DNA from: Candidatus Woesebacteria bacterium RBG_16_42_24
Lineage (GTDB): Bacteria > Patescibacteriota > Microgenomatia > UBA8517
Reading direction: 5' to 3'
Length of the DNA: 64,000 nt
NCBI GenBank assembly: GCA_001792115.1
Contig: MGFX01000006.1
Location: forward strand, 82,537 to 146,536
Below the pieces are notes generated by a model. It had not been told where the DNA came from and did no database searches. It saw only the letters and a list, made by a program, of their open reading frames with translations. The translations under genes were made by a program, and so were the position numbers. Each line of letters opens with the position of its first letter. Within the stretch, counting starts at the first letter, position 1. Shown here piece by piece: positions 26,208-34,723 of the stretch.

Positions 26208-26855
26208 ATGCAGAAATTTCTTGCCCCAACACTAAGCTTCTTGGCAATACTCGGTGTTATCAGCTCATATTACTTTCTTTACTCCCTCAATAAAAAGGTT
26301 GAGAGTATAACTCCCCAAGATGTACAAAAAGAGGAAGTGAAGAAAGATCCTACAGAGGTGGTAGTCGATGAGTGTGGAGAGGAGTGCGAGCAGAAAATAG
26401 AGGAAGAGGTTGCTAAGGCTATAAGCACTATATCTGCCTCGACCAAAACTACTACAGCCCCTTCCACAACAACTACCCTTACTAAGAAGAGCACCGACTA
26501 TATTACGCTGAATGGGCCTGTTTCAACCACTTCTACCCAGTGGGTGGATATCCCCGGGGTTGAAGTTTATTTGGACTTAGTGAAAGATTACGGAAGCTTA
26601 GCCTCAGCTAGCTGGGAGGGAAGTCTTAAGGTTGCACATGCAAACGGCCAAGCCTATGCCAGACTTTTTGATATAACCAACGGTAGGGCGGTTGACGGAA
26701 GTGAGATCTCAACCTCCAATAATGCAGATTATAAATTAGTATCCTCCGCGCCCGTATCTTTTTGGGCAGGGAATAACCTATATCGGCTGCAGCTTAAGTC
26801 CCTTAATTCATTTGAAGTTACTTTTTTATCAGGGCGAATTAAAATAACCTACTAA
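26208..26855 (+). CDS. Hypothetical membrane-anchored/secreted protein with a Thr-rich low-complexity segment
   Basis: N-terminal hydrophobic helix. TTTAPSTTTTLTKKST low complexity. Confidence 0.5.
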   Translation: MQKFLAPTLSFLAILGVISSYYFLYSLNKKVESITPQDVQKEEVKKDPTEVVVDECGEECEQKIEEEVAKAISTISASTKTTTAPSTTTTLTKKSTDYITLNGPVSTTSTQWVDIPGVEVYLDLVKDYGSLASASWEGSLKVAHANGQAYARLFDITNGRAVDGSEISTSNNADYKLVSSAPVSFWAGNNLYRLQLKSLNSFEVTFLSGRIKITY

Positions 26856-26859
26856 GAAG

Positions 26860-27507
26860 ATGGTGTTGGCGGTAATTTTTGATCTTGACGGAACGGTTCT
26901 TTCAAACGAGGACGAGTACGGGGACGCCTTCAGGAAAGTTCTTACAAGATTGGGCAAGCGGGTTGAAACGGCCTATCCCCACGTTGGCGGGATCGGAGTA
27001 AAAGAAAATTGGCCGATTCTTCTTTCTAAATACAAAATTAGGACAGAAAAGACTATAGAGGAATTAACTCAAGAGACACAAGAAGCATATTTGGCAGATC
27101 TCCCCAAAGTGACTCTTAAGCCCGGTTTTGAGGTTTTTGTCAGGGAACTAAAGGAGGGCGGAGTTTTGGTTGCCTTAGCAACTTCAAATGTCTTGTGGAT
27201 TTTGGAAGAGGTCTTTGAGACATTATCGTTGAAAAAATTTTTTGATGTAGTGACAACTGGAGAGGAAGTAAAATTTAAAAAGCCAGCTCCAGATTTATTT
27301 TTGTTAACTGCAGAAAAGCTTGGAGTGAACCCTAAGGAGTGCCTTGTAATTGAGGATTCCGAGGCGGGGATTGAAGCAGCTCATAAAGCTCAAATGAAAG
27401 TTTTTGCGATTGCGAGGGACGCTTCTCACGCAAGAAGCCTAAGAAATGCCGACAGGGTGGTAAGTTCCTTCGAAGATATTTCACTTTCCACAATTCAAAA
27501 TCTGTGA
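26860..27507 (+). CDS. HAD-superfamily hydrolase (beta-phosphoglucomutase-like subfamily IA)
   Basis: VIFDLDGTVL (DxDGT motif I), ALATSN (motif II) and a C-terminal IEDSEAGIEAAHKAQM (motif IV-like). Confidence 0.8.
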   Translation: MVLAVIFDLDGTVLSNEDEYGDAFRKVLTRLGKRVETAYPHVGGIGVKENWPILLSKYKIRTEKTIEELTQETQEAYLADLPKVTLKPGFEVFVRELKEGGVLVALATSNVLWILEEVFETLSLKKFFDVVTTGEEVKFKKPAPDLFLLTAEKLGVNPKECLVIEDSEAGIEAAHKAQMKVFAIARDASHARSLRNADRVVSSFEDISLSTIQNL

Positions 27508-27534
27508 AGACGGCTAAGACTCGTGTAAAACCTT

Positions 27535-27554
27535 CCGCCGACTAAAGTCGGCGG
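27535..27554 (+). terminator. Stem-loop (8-bp stem ccgccgac/gtcggcgg, loop taaa) 28 nt after the HAD gene stop. No U-tract.
   Basis: Perfect inverted repeat seen directly. Lacks a T-run, so intrinsic-terminator status is uncertain. Confidence 0.3.
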
Positions 27555-27572
27555 CCTTGACCCTTAAGGAAA

Positions 27573-27640
27573 GATTGTAGCTCTAGGTTCAATTCATCCT
27601 CGCAATGAATTGCGAGATTTTCTTGAATCTATAGTAAAAT
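27573..27640. repeat. Copy 2 (inverted) of the ~65-bp dispersed hairpin repeat
   Basis: Its reverse complement reads ttttactatagattcaagaaaatctcgcaattcattgcgaggatgaattgaacctagagctacaatct, nearly identical to 20081..20147. Abuts the start of the 27639 ORF. Confidence 0.8.
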
Positions 27641-28457
27641 GGATAGTATGAAATATCTGCCCTTAGCTTTTGTCCTCTTTTTATTTTTCCTTGCAACACC
27701 TGCCTATTCCCAAATCTCAAATAGCGATGACTTTAATTTTCAAAGAGCCTACGCCGACTACATTTACAATTTTGACATTTATAGAAAAGCAAATATCGAC
27801 TACGAACTCTATCGCTCACAATACCTACAATTTAAAACCTTAAAGTCCCAAGAGAATGCCTATAACGCGACCCTGACAATGCTTAAGGCGAGAGATTCTA
27901 CCGTCGAAACTTACCTCACCGCCATAAGGAAAAAGTTAGACGAAACTCCGGGGGCGGACGGAGCCAAAAAGCAAATTCTTTTTACCAAGATTGACCCTGA
28001 AGTAACTTGGCATATTGCTCATAGCGACTCCTTGCCTTCAGCGGGGACCCTGGAAGATTTGACGGGAGATAGTGACGCCGCCAAGGTAAGATTTCAAAGT
28101 GACGTACCCCTTTTTTACGAAACACTGGTTGCCGTATCGGGCGGCAAGGTAATCTACGCGCGGGAGAAGGAGGAGGCAATTCTTACCTCTCTAAAAGAAA
28201 AAATTGCAGAAATAAGCGCTAACGGCGATAAAAATACACAACTAATCGAGCGCTGGATTTTAGATACAGAAGAAAAAATAGTGAGAAGCAAGGAGAAGGA
28301 GGCGGAAGCCTATTCAATTGTCGCCAAAGCGAGCGGGCAAGGGAGTTTGGGTGCTTATAACGAAGCCCTTATTAAACTTAAAGAGGCTTATCAATATTTA
28401 AAAGAGGCAAATTCTTTTCTTGAAGAAATAATAACCGAAGTAAAGTTTGAAGACTGA
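27639..28457 (+). CDS. Hypothetical secreted protein (signal peptide)
   Basis: N-terminus YLPLAFVLFLFFLATPAYSQ is signal-peptide-like. No known domain. Confidence 0.5.
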   Translation: MDSMKYLPLAFVLFLFFLATPAYSQISNSDDFNFQRAYADYIYNFDIYRKANIDYELYRSQYLQFKTLKSQENAYNATLTMLKARDSTVETYLTAIRKKLDETPGADGAKKQILFTKIDPEVTWHIAHSDSLPSAGTLEDLTGDSDAAKVRFQSDVPLFYETLVAVSGGKVIYAREKEEAILTSLKEKIAEISANGDKNTQLIERWILDTEEKIVRSKEKEAEAYSIVAKASGQGSLGAYNEALIKLKEAYQYLKEANSFLEEIITEVKFED

Positions 28458-28941
28458 TATGGAAAACCAGATGATTGCATCTTCCAATCAAGCGGTTAAG
28501 CCGCCGCCACAGAACTTTTTAAATAAGGTTAAAGGGGTATTTTTATCTGTCGCAGCGAAATTAAAAGAGGTCATCTATTACTTGAGAGTGCCTTCCCGGG
28601 GGGCCGAGGCGGAAGGAGAGGTCCCTAGCCATGGCATATCTGACCGAACTAAAAAAATTGTGACTGGAGTTTCCGCGATATTCTTTTTACTCATAATCCT
28701 TCTCATCGCGGCCTCCTACCTTAGAAATATGGGAGAAAAGCCCGCCGAAGAGGTCAAGGAAGAAGATAGCCTTCAGACCACAATTGTTGAGAGAAAGGCC
28801 TCTCGTTATGCGACGGATGAAGCGGTTCTTAAGATGGAGGGAGACGTTAAAGCACTGGAGGAAGAGATGAACAAAGAAGACCTCGAAGAAAAATCCCTCC
28901 CTCCTCCAAACTTAAACTTCGATGTGAATTTTACAGAGTAA
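28447..28941 (+). CDS. Hypothetical single-pass membrane protein
   Basis: Central TM helix (VSAIFFLLIILLIAASYL) and an acidic C-terminus. Confidence 0.45.
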   Translation: MKTDMENQMIASSNQAVKPPPQNFLNKVKGVFLSVAAKLKEVIYYLRVPSRGAEAEGEVPSHGISDRTKKIVTGVSAIFFLLIILLIAASYLRNMGEKPAEEVKEEDSLQTTIVERKASRYATDEAVLKMEGDVKALEEEMNKEDLEEKSLPPPNLNFDVNFTE

Positions 28942-28982
28942 AAATTGGTGTTTCTCATTAAGAATATGTACAATTTCCCTTC

Positions 28983-29693
28983 ATGGCATCAAAAGAGGGT
29001 TCTCAGGTTGAGTTTCGAGATGGTGAGGAGGCCCTTGGTGAAGCGATTCGGTGGATTACTAGCTGGCACGGCCGGGTGAGACAAAAATACAGCCTTACAC
29101 CCAACGTTTTAAGAAAGACTCGAATTGGCGAACTAAAGGTAGAAAACGAGGGAAATATAGAAGCTTTATATGTCTGGAGTATACAACACAATCTTAATAG
29201 CTCATTCGGCCAAGTTTCTATACTGGAACTTTCGCAAACGTTAACAGATAATCCAGACCACCCGTTCATTGGTCGCTTCTTCTACCAAACCAGGAATTTC
29301 GACAACTTAGTCGCGCTATCTTTTGGGTGGCGACTGGAAAATTCGGATGTTTTCTATGAGATGGTCGCAATGTCCAAAGGAAGAATAGATAGAATGGATA
29401 AAATAACTCGCCCCGGCGCCCTTTTTCCGGTATCGGGACTAGACGACCCTACACTTACTAGGCAATTGACCCAACAGATGGAGTTGAGTTTCTCTTACGA
29501 TAAAGGCAGGCTAGTTAGATGGGATTGTGAGGTTGGGTTTGAGCATTTACCAGCGTGTGCGGTATTTGAGAATGGGAATTTAATTCATAGGGACGAAGTT
29601 GGCCCAGGCTGTGAATTACCAAAGGCCTTTGATCCAACTCCACACATTAAAAGTTTTATGAGGCACAGGCCAAAAGAGCCAGTTCTTCCTTAA
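28983..29693 (+). CDS. Hypothetical protein (236 aa), unknown function
   Basis: Long ORF with no recognisable motif. Followed immediately by the direct repeat 29694..29726. Confidence 0.5.
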   Translation: MASKEGSQVEFRDGEEALGEAIRWITSWHGRVRQKYSLTPNVLRKTRIGELKVENEGNIEALYVWSIQHNLNSSFGQVSILELSQTLTDNPDHPFIGRFFYQTRNFDNLVALSFGWRLENSDVFYEMVAMSKGRIDRMDKITRPGALFPVSGLDDPTLTRQLTQQMELSFSYDKGRLVRWDCEVGFEHLPACAVFENGNLIHRDEVGPGCELPKAFDPTPHIKSFMRHRPKEPVLP

Positions 29694-29726
29694 GAATAGC
29701 TTGCGGGGACGGTCCTTGTAAGGTGT
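29694..29726. repeat. Direct repeat DR1 (gaatagcttgcggggacggtccttgtaaggtgt)
   Basis: About 90% identical to 31096..31130. Both copies start immediately after the stop codon of a hypothetical gene. Confidence 0.85.
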
Positions 29727-29867
29727 TAGTCTTTGTAAGCTGTTAGGAACTTTTTACTAACCCAGCCTTTGATTTTTACTTTAAATTTAATCCCCGAAGG
29801 CGAACAAGGAAAGAATAATTGCCGAGAGTGATGGGTTAAGGAGAACAAAAGTCTCTAATGTGCTGCA

Positions 29868-31088
29868 GTGGTAGAATATGAGTATATGACAGATTTGGAA
29901 CCTGGCGCAGGCAGTTTCGAAAAACTTGGATTTAAACGCATAGGCAACTCTGATCTTTTTATTCAGGGCGAATTTGTGGTTGAAAATGCTTCAGAAACAT
30001 CTCCTTCAATTTTTGTTGACTACGATTCACATACGGATTGGCCAGGTGTTATTGGAATAAAACTGGGCAAAGGGTTCGGTGGATTAAGTTTGGTGACATT
30101 AACAGGCGATGGAGATGCAATAGAAAGAACCATCAACGGATCAGGGGGTGGAATTTGGCGTGGAGAAGTCCCGACAGAGGCGGAGTTTAGGGGTAGGACA
30201 ATTGAGAGTCAATTAGCGGATGCAGGATTTGACCCTGACAAGAAGGACGAACATTTATTTAGAAAGCGCGTAGATGAGGATGAATATAAAGGTTATGTTG
30301 TTGCATGGGTTCAAGATGGGAGACTTCAAAGAGTTCTAAAACCTGTACATCATAGAGTTACTGAATTGACAGGTGAGAAATTCGAAATCGCTGGATACAA
30401 GGACATAAAAGGGTTTTTTGGTAAACCAGCGTCAGCACTTACCCTGAAGAACGATTTGATGCAGTTTGATATTTCTTCTGAGATAGATGGTAGATTGGTT
30501 GATGGAAGCCAGAGGCTATTAAGAAGTGCCACTGAAGAGGAGCTTGGCCTTAATGAGTTCGAGGTTGTAACAGAGAGGAGTGGTTTCAAAATAGGGGGTG
30601 TCAATTCAACAGATTTAATACACAGTTTAGATTCACTGGCGGGTCAGCCTATAAGTAAATTAGAAGAGAGACTTAGACCAGGAAATGACTCAATGATGGG
30701 CTTCCTTGGCCAAAACGAATCTCTTATTAGTATTCTTGCAGATGATAATGATTTTGTACTTTCTCATGATTTGACACATCAGGATTTGGCGCTGCCATTG
30801 TTTTACGCCAGAGAACATTATCTGCAAGGAAAGGGGAGAGAATTTACATATAAAGGGAGAAAGTTTAGCATTCAAGCTACCGCATATAGAGGTATGCAAT
30901 TTTCACCATTTGATGACAGAACCGGAACTAATATTGATATGGTAATAAAAAATGAAGATACCGGAGCCTCTTTGTCCTACTCAGGACTTTTGCCTGACAT
31001 GATTCAACGCTATGGTTTTTATGAAGGGAAAGGCACTTCTTATCGCCTCGAGCCAAGTAAGATCCTGGAAGTGTTTGACTTTCTTTAA
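29868..31088 (+). CDS. Hypothetical protein (406 aa), unknown function
   Basis: Long ORF with Gly-rich segments (GSGGGIWRG). No known domain recognised. Confidence 0.5.
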   Translation: MVEYEYMTDLEPGAGSFEKLGFKRIGNSDLFIQGEFVVENASETSPSIFVDYDSHTDWPGVIGIKLGKGFGGLSLVTLTGDGDAIERTINGSGGGIWRGEVPTEAEFRGRTIESQLADAGFDPDKKDEHLFRKRVDEDEYKGYVVAWVQDGRLQRVLKPVHHRVTELTGEKFEIAGYKDIKGFFGKPASALTLKNDLMQFDISSEIDGRLVDGSQRLLRSATEEELGLNEFEVVTERSGFKIGGVNSTDLIHSLDSLAGQPISKLEERLRPGNDSMMGFLGQNESLISILADDNDFVLSHDLTHQDLALPLFYAREHYLQGKGREFTYKGRKFSIQATAYRGMQFSPFDDRTGTNIDMVIKNEDTGASLSYSGLLPDMIQRYGFYEGKGTSYRLEPSKILEVFDFL

Positions 31089-31095
31089 GAAGTAA

Positions 31096-31130
31096 GAATA
31101 GCTTGCGGGGACGGTCCCTGTAAGCTGTGG
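31096..31130. repeat. Direct repeat DR2 (gaatagcttgcggggacggtccctgtaagctgtgg)
   Basis: Matches DR1 at 29694..29726. Confidence 0.85.
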
Positions 31131-31156
31131 GAGACTGCTTTTGTAGAGGGAATGAG

Positions 31157-31681
31157 CTAGTTAGCTTTCCCTGTCATTAAAAGATTGACAAGGAAAGTCT
31201 TGATCCCCGTTGGCCCCTCTTCCTTAATGAAGGAAGGAAGAATTGCTCCCACTAAAGATTGAAGTTCTCGTCCTTCTTGGTTTAACATCCCGACCCAGAT
31301 TTGAGGAAGTTCTGGATCTAAGCCGATGAAAACGCCCCTTCTGTTGTAAACGACAAATTTCCTCATCTCTTCGAAGGGGAGTAATCTTGTGCCCGCGAAG
31401 GGCCTGGATTTGTCGAAAATGAGGGTATTAACTGGGATCTCTCGAGCCCTAGTAGGAAGAGTGCGCTGTTCGGTAGTGTCAAGAAGAAGCCCTAGGCTAT
31501 CCTCGCCTCTTTGAGGCCAAAGCTTTTTCCGAACAATGAGTATAGCCATTTCCTTCTTGACTTCATGCCCCGCATACCGATCTTGAAGGACTGATTGAAG
31601 TTCAGTAAGAATCTGATGGGGATTGATTGTTTCAAGAATTACTCGGTCTTCTCGAATTAATGCCTCTTTCCCATTGGTCAT
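31157..31681 (-). CDS. Hypothetical protein (~174 aa from the internal ATG), unknown function
   Basis: ORF 31157..31840. Trimmed to MTNGKEALIRED... No recognisable motifs. Confidence 0.4.
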   Translation of the reverse strand: MTNGKEALIREDRVILETINPHQILTELQSVLQDRYAGHEVKKEMAILIVRKKLWPQRGEDSLGLLLDTTEQRTLPTRAREIPVNTLIFDKSRPFAGTRLLPFEEMRKFVVYNRRGVFIGLDPELPQIWVGMLNQEGRELQSLVGAILPSFIKEEGPTGIKTFLVNLLMTGKAN

Positions 31682-31910
31682 ATCTTTATTTCTGGAGAGG
31701 ATTATAACATAAGAGCTTAACAATAAGCAGTTTAGTGCTAAAATGGGGCTAAATGTCACTTTCGGTTGGTATAGTAGAACTTCCAAACGCAGGCCCCAGT
31801 AGAACACTTTCCAATCCCGTGGTCTACGTCCACGCGTCATGGTGGCGTGTCAACGGGGCTATTCCGCATTTTTCTATCTCAAAGCTTTTCTTACAGAAAG
31901 GAGTTTTAAT

Positions 31911-32879
31911 ATGTCATTAAGCGTTGGTATTGTTGGACTCCCAAATGCGGGAAAATCGACGCTTTTTAATGCGCTTGTGGCCAGGCGCTTGGCTGAAACG
32001 GCCGCACGGCCTTTTACTACAATTGAACCCCACGAAGCGGTAGTTGCGGTTCCCGATAAAAATATTGAGGAGTTATCTCGTCTAATTTCCCCCGAGGAAA
32101 CGGTATATGCGAATGTTACTTTTATCGACATCGCGGGACTCGTCAGGGGAGCACACAAAGGCGAAGGTTTGGGGAATCAGTTTTTGGCAAAAATCCGCGA
32201 GGTCGACGCCATAACCCATGTTGTAAGGGCTTTCAAAGACCCCAACGTAAGCCACCAACACGCAACACACGAACCAGGCAGTCTAGATCAGATATTAGAA
32301 GATATAGAGATAGTTAACCTAGAACTCGAGCTAGGAGAAATAAAGGGCAAACCCATGATTTATGTTTTAAATGTTAATGAAAGTGATTTAGCCCAAAAGT
32401 CGCAAATAGAAGACTTTGTAATAAGAGTTAAAGACAAATACGGTGAAGCCCTCGCAATTTCCGCCAAGATAGAGGAGGATTTAATGGATCTTAATCCGAT
32501 TGAAAAGCGCGATTATCTAAGACAACTTGGGGTTCACGAGTCGGGTCTTGAGAAATTAATTAAGAAATCCTATGAACTTCTTAACTTAATTACTTTTTAT
32601 ACGATTAAACCCTCCTCCGCTAAAGCTTCGGAAGGGCGAGGGGGCGGAAACCAGGTTACAGCACGGAGTATAAAAGAGGGTTCAACCGCTATAGAGGCGG
32701 CGGCAGTTGTGCACACAGATTTTGCTAAGGGTTTTATTAAGGCAGAAGTGATTTCGGTAAGCGAACTATTAGAAACCGGAGGTTGGCATAATGCCAAAGA
32801 AAAGGGGAAGGTGAGACTCGAGGGAAGAGATTACGTTGTCCAAGACAGAGACGTGATTGAGTTTAAAGTGAATACCTAG
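31911..32879 (+). CDS. ychF: Ribosome-binding ATPase YchF (Obg-like GTPase family)
   Basis: MSLSVGIVGLPNAGKSTLFNAL (G1), TIEPHEAVV, and DIAGLVRGAHKGEGLGNQFL (G3). C-terminal TGS-like HTDFAKGFIKAEV. A gaaaggag RBS precedes the ATG at 31911. Carries an in-frame insertion (SSAKASEGRGGGN) from the dispersed CCTCCGCTAAAGCTTCGG element. Confidence 0.9.
   Translation: MSLSVGIVGLPNAGKSTLFNALVARRLAETAARPFTTIEPHEAVVAVPDKNIEELSRLISPEETVYANVTFIDIAGLVRGAHKGEGLGNQFLAKIREVDAITHVVRAFKDPNVSHQHATHEPGSLDQILEDIEIVNLELELGEIKGKPMIYVLNVNESDLAQKSQIEDFVIRVKDKYGEALAISAKIEEDLMDLNPIEKRDYLRQLGVHESGLEKLIKKSYELLNLITFYTIKPSSAKASEGRGGGNQVTARSIKEGSTAIEAAAVVHTDFAKGFIKAEVISVSELLETGGWHNAKEKGKVRLEGRDYVVQDRDVIEFKVNT
32610..32645. 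repeat. CCTCCGCTAAAGCTTCGG-family element, in-frame inside ychF
   Basis: ccctcctccgctaaagcttcggaagggcgagggggcgg. Related copies at 45907..45939 (intergenic) and 47487..47525 (inside the M29 aminopeptidase). Confidence 0.8.
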
Positions 32880-33203
32880 TCAGGGAAGACTTTCGGAGCC
32901 AGGTGCTGTTGGTGTGTCAATAGAAGCATCACTTGGAGTAAGTTCGGGGCTTGGATCGGTACGGAAACCAGACAACCGCTGACGAAGAATGCTAAGCGCT
33001 TCCTCAATTCGATCTGCTGTTAATTCAAGGATTTGAAACTTGTTATATTTTATAACCGCCGATTCCGCACCTGGAGTAGTTTCACCTTTTGAGTGTAATA
33101 GTATTGCCTCGTTCATTAAGCCTTTGGCAACAGCGAATCCCTGCTCGATTAAATTATCTAGATTAGATTTAACTTGTTCTGTTCTGCGTTCTCCGCCAGC
33201 CAT
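32880..33203 (-). CDS. Hypothetical protein (107 aa)
   Basis: ORF convergent with ychF. No motif. Confidence 0.35.
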   Translation of the reverse strand: MAGGERRTEQVKSNLDNLIEQGFAVAKGLMNEAILLHSKGETTPGAESAVIKYNKFQILELTADRIEEALSILRQRLSGFRTDPSPELTPSDASIDTPTAPGSESLP

Positions 33204-33557
33204 TTCAGAAAGTTTAGCACACTATGTCAAATTGATACGTCTGTTCATTCTTTGCTTGTCCAAAGAAGGGGCTGTTACTTTCTTTGCTTCTCCGAAAGAA
33301 AGTAACCTTTAGATGCGAGCCCCCAATAAAAATTTGATAACTCCTCGTTTTCGTTCGTACTTTGTCGCTTAACTCCTCGTGTCAAGCACTTCGTCGGACA
33401 ATACGCGACTTTTTGAATTGAACTCACTCAACTCGTCGAAATCAAATTTTAAAGGGGATTGTTGATAATTTTGAATTTTGCTTGCCCGCCGAAGCCTCGG
33501 CGAAGACGGGACATTTGACCTTTGAGTTTTGACATTTCATAAGTTATACTTTCCCGT

Positions 33558-33854
33558 ATGCAAAAATACGAGTTGACGGTAGTTTTGGATGGAAAAGTAA
33601 CCCCCGCCAAAAAAAAGTCAGTTAGGGGAGATATTGAAAAACTGGTTTCTACTTTCAAGGGCAAAGTGGGAACGGTTGAGGATTGGGGAGAAAAACCCTT
33701 GGCCTACAAGATTGAAAAAAGCGAGAGTGGAAATTTTCTTTTCTTTCCTCTAGAATTAGACCCGCAAGAAGTTAAAGGTTTATCAACAAAGCTGAATATC
33801 GAAGAAAACATCGTCAGATTTTTACTTATAAGGAAGGACCCTTCTTCGCACTAG
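33558..33854 (+). CDS. rpsF: 30S ribosomal protein S6
   Basis: MQKYELTVVLDG...VEDWGEKPLAYKI. Conserved rpsF-ssb-rpsR order. Confidence 0.9.
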   Translation: MQKYELTVVLDGKVTPAKKKSVRGDIEKLVSTFKGKVGTVEDWGEKPLAYKIEKSESGNFLFFPLELDPQEVKGLSTKLNIEENIVRFLLIRKDPSSH

Positions 33855-33874
33855 GCTTTCGAAGGGTAAAATAA

Positions 33875-34429
33875 ATGGCACGAAGTCTAAATAAGGTCGT
33901 ATTAATAGGGAATTTAACACGAGATCCGGAACTGCGCTACACTCCCCAGGGAACTGCGGTCTGCACCTTTGGACTCGCTACTAACCGCCAGTGGGTGACA
34001 GAGGGCGGGGAGAAAAAAGAAGAAGCGGAATTTCATAGGCTAGTTTCCTGGAATAAGCTCGCTGAAATTTGTTCACAGCTTCTTAGCAAAGGAAGAAAGG
34101 TTTACGTTGAGGGGAGACTGCAAACTCGTACTTGGACCGGTCAGGACGGAAACCAAAGGACTTCAACTGAAATAGTGATTTCGGATATGATACTTCTTGA
34201 TTCTAGGCGTGACGTAGGGGAACTTGAGATGCCGGAGGCGACTATTGAGGCCCCAACCGTTGAATCTGGAGAGGTCGAACCCGAGGAGGTTGTGACCACG
34301 AAAGCTCCGGAAAAAGAAGAAAAGAAGAAGAAAGCCGGAGGTCCTGAGCCGGCCGAAGGAAAAGTCAAAAAGGGAAAGAAAACCGACAAAAAGGTGACTT
34401 CAGAGGAGGAAGAAGAAATTCCCTTCTAA
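33875..34429 (+). CDS. ssb: Single-stranded DNA-binding protein
   Basis: OB fold VVLIGNLTRDPELRYTPQGTAVCTFGLATN. Acidic tail ending EEEEEIPF. Confidence 0.9.
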   Translation: MARSLNKVVLIGNLTRDPELRYTPQGTAVCTFGLATNRQWVTEGGEKKEEAEFHRLVSWNKLAEICSQLLSKGRKVYVEGRLQTRTWTGQDGNQRTSTEIVISDMILLDSRRDVGELEMPEATIEAPTVESGEVEPEEVVTTKAPEKEEKKKKAGGPEPAEGKVKKGKKTDKKVTSEEEEEIPF

Positions 34430-34439
34430 CTAATATAAA

Positions 34440-34700
34440 ATGCCCCCAAAGAAAACCTCGAGAAAAAGAGCCAGGAGATTTGAAAGTGAAGCCCCGAGAT
34501 CGGCCGTATGCCCTTTTTGTGAAGGCAAAAAGGATCCCGATTACAAAGCATTTGAGGAGCTTAAAAGATTTGTAACCGACCGCGGCAAAATTATCGGAAG
34601 AAAGCGCTCAGGAGTTTGTGCAAAACACCAAAGAAGATTAACTATTGCCATAAAACGGGCAAGATTCCTCGGGCTTCTTCCTTACACTTCGGGTCTTTAG
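34440..34700 (+). CDS. rpsR: 30S ribosomal protein S18
   Basis: CPFCEG...[39 protein letters not shown]. Confidence 0.9.
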   Translation: MPPKKTSRKRARRFESEAPRSAVCPFCEGKKDPDYKAFEELKRFVTDRGKIIGRKRSGVCAKHQRRLTIAIKRARFLGLLPYTSGL

Positions 34701-34723
34701 ATGTTACAATTTTAAAAGTCTAA

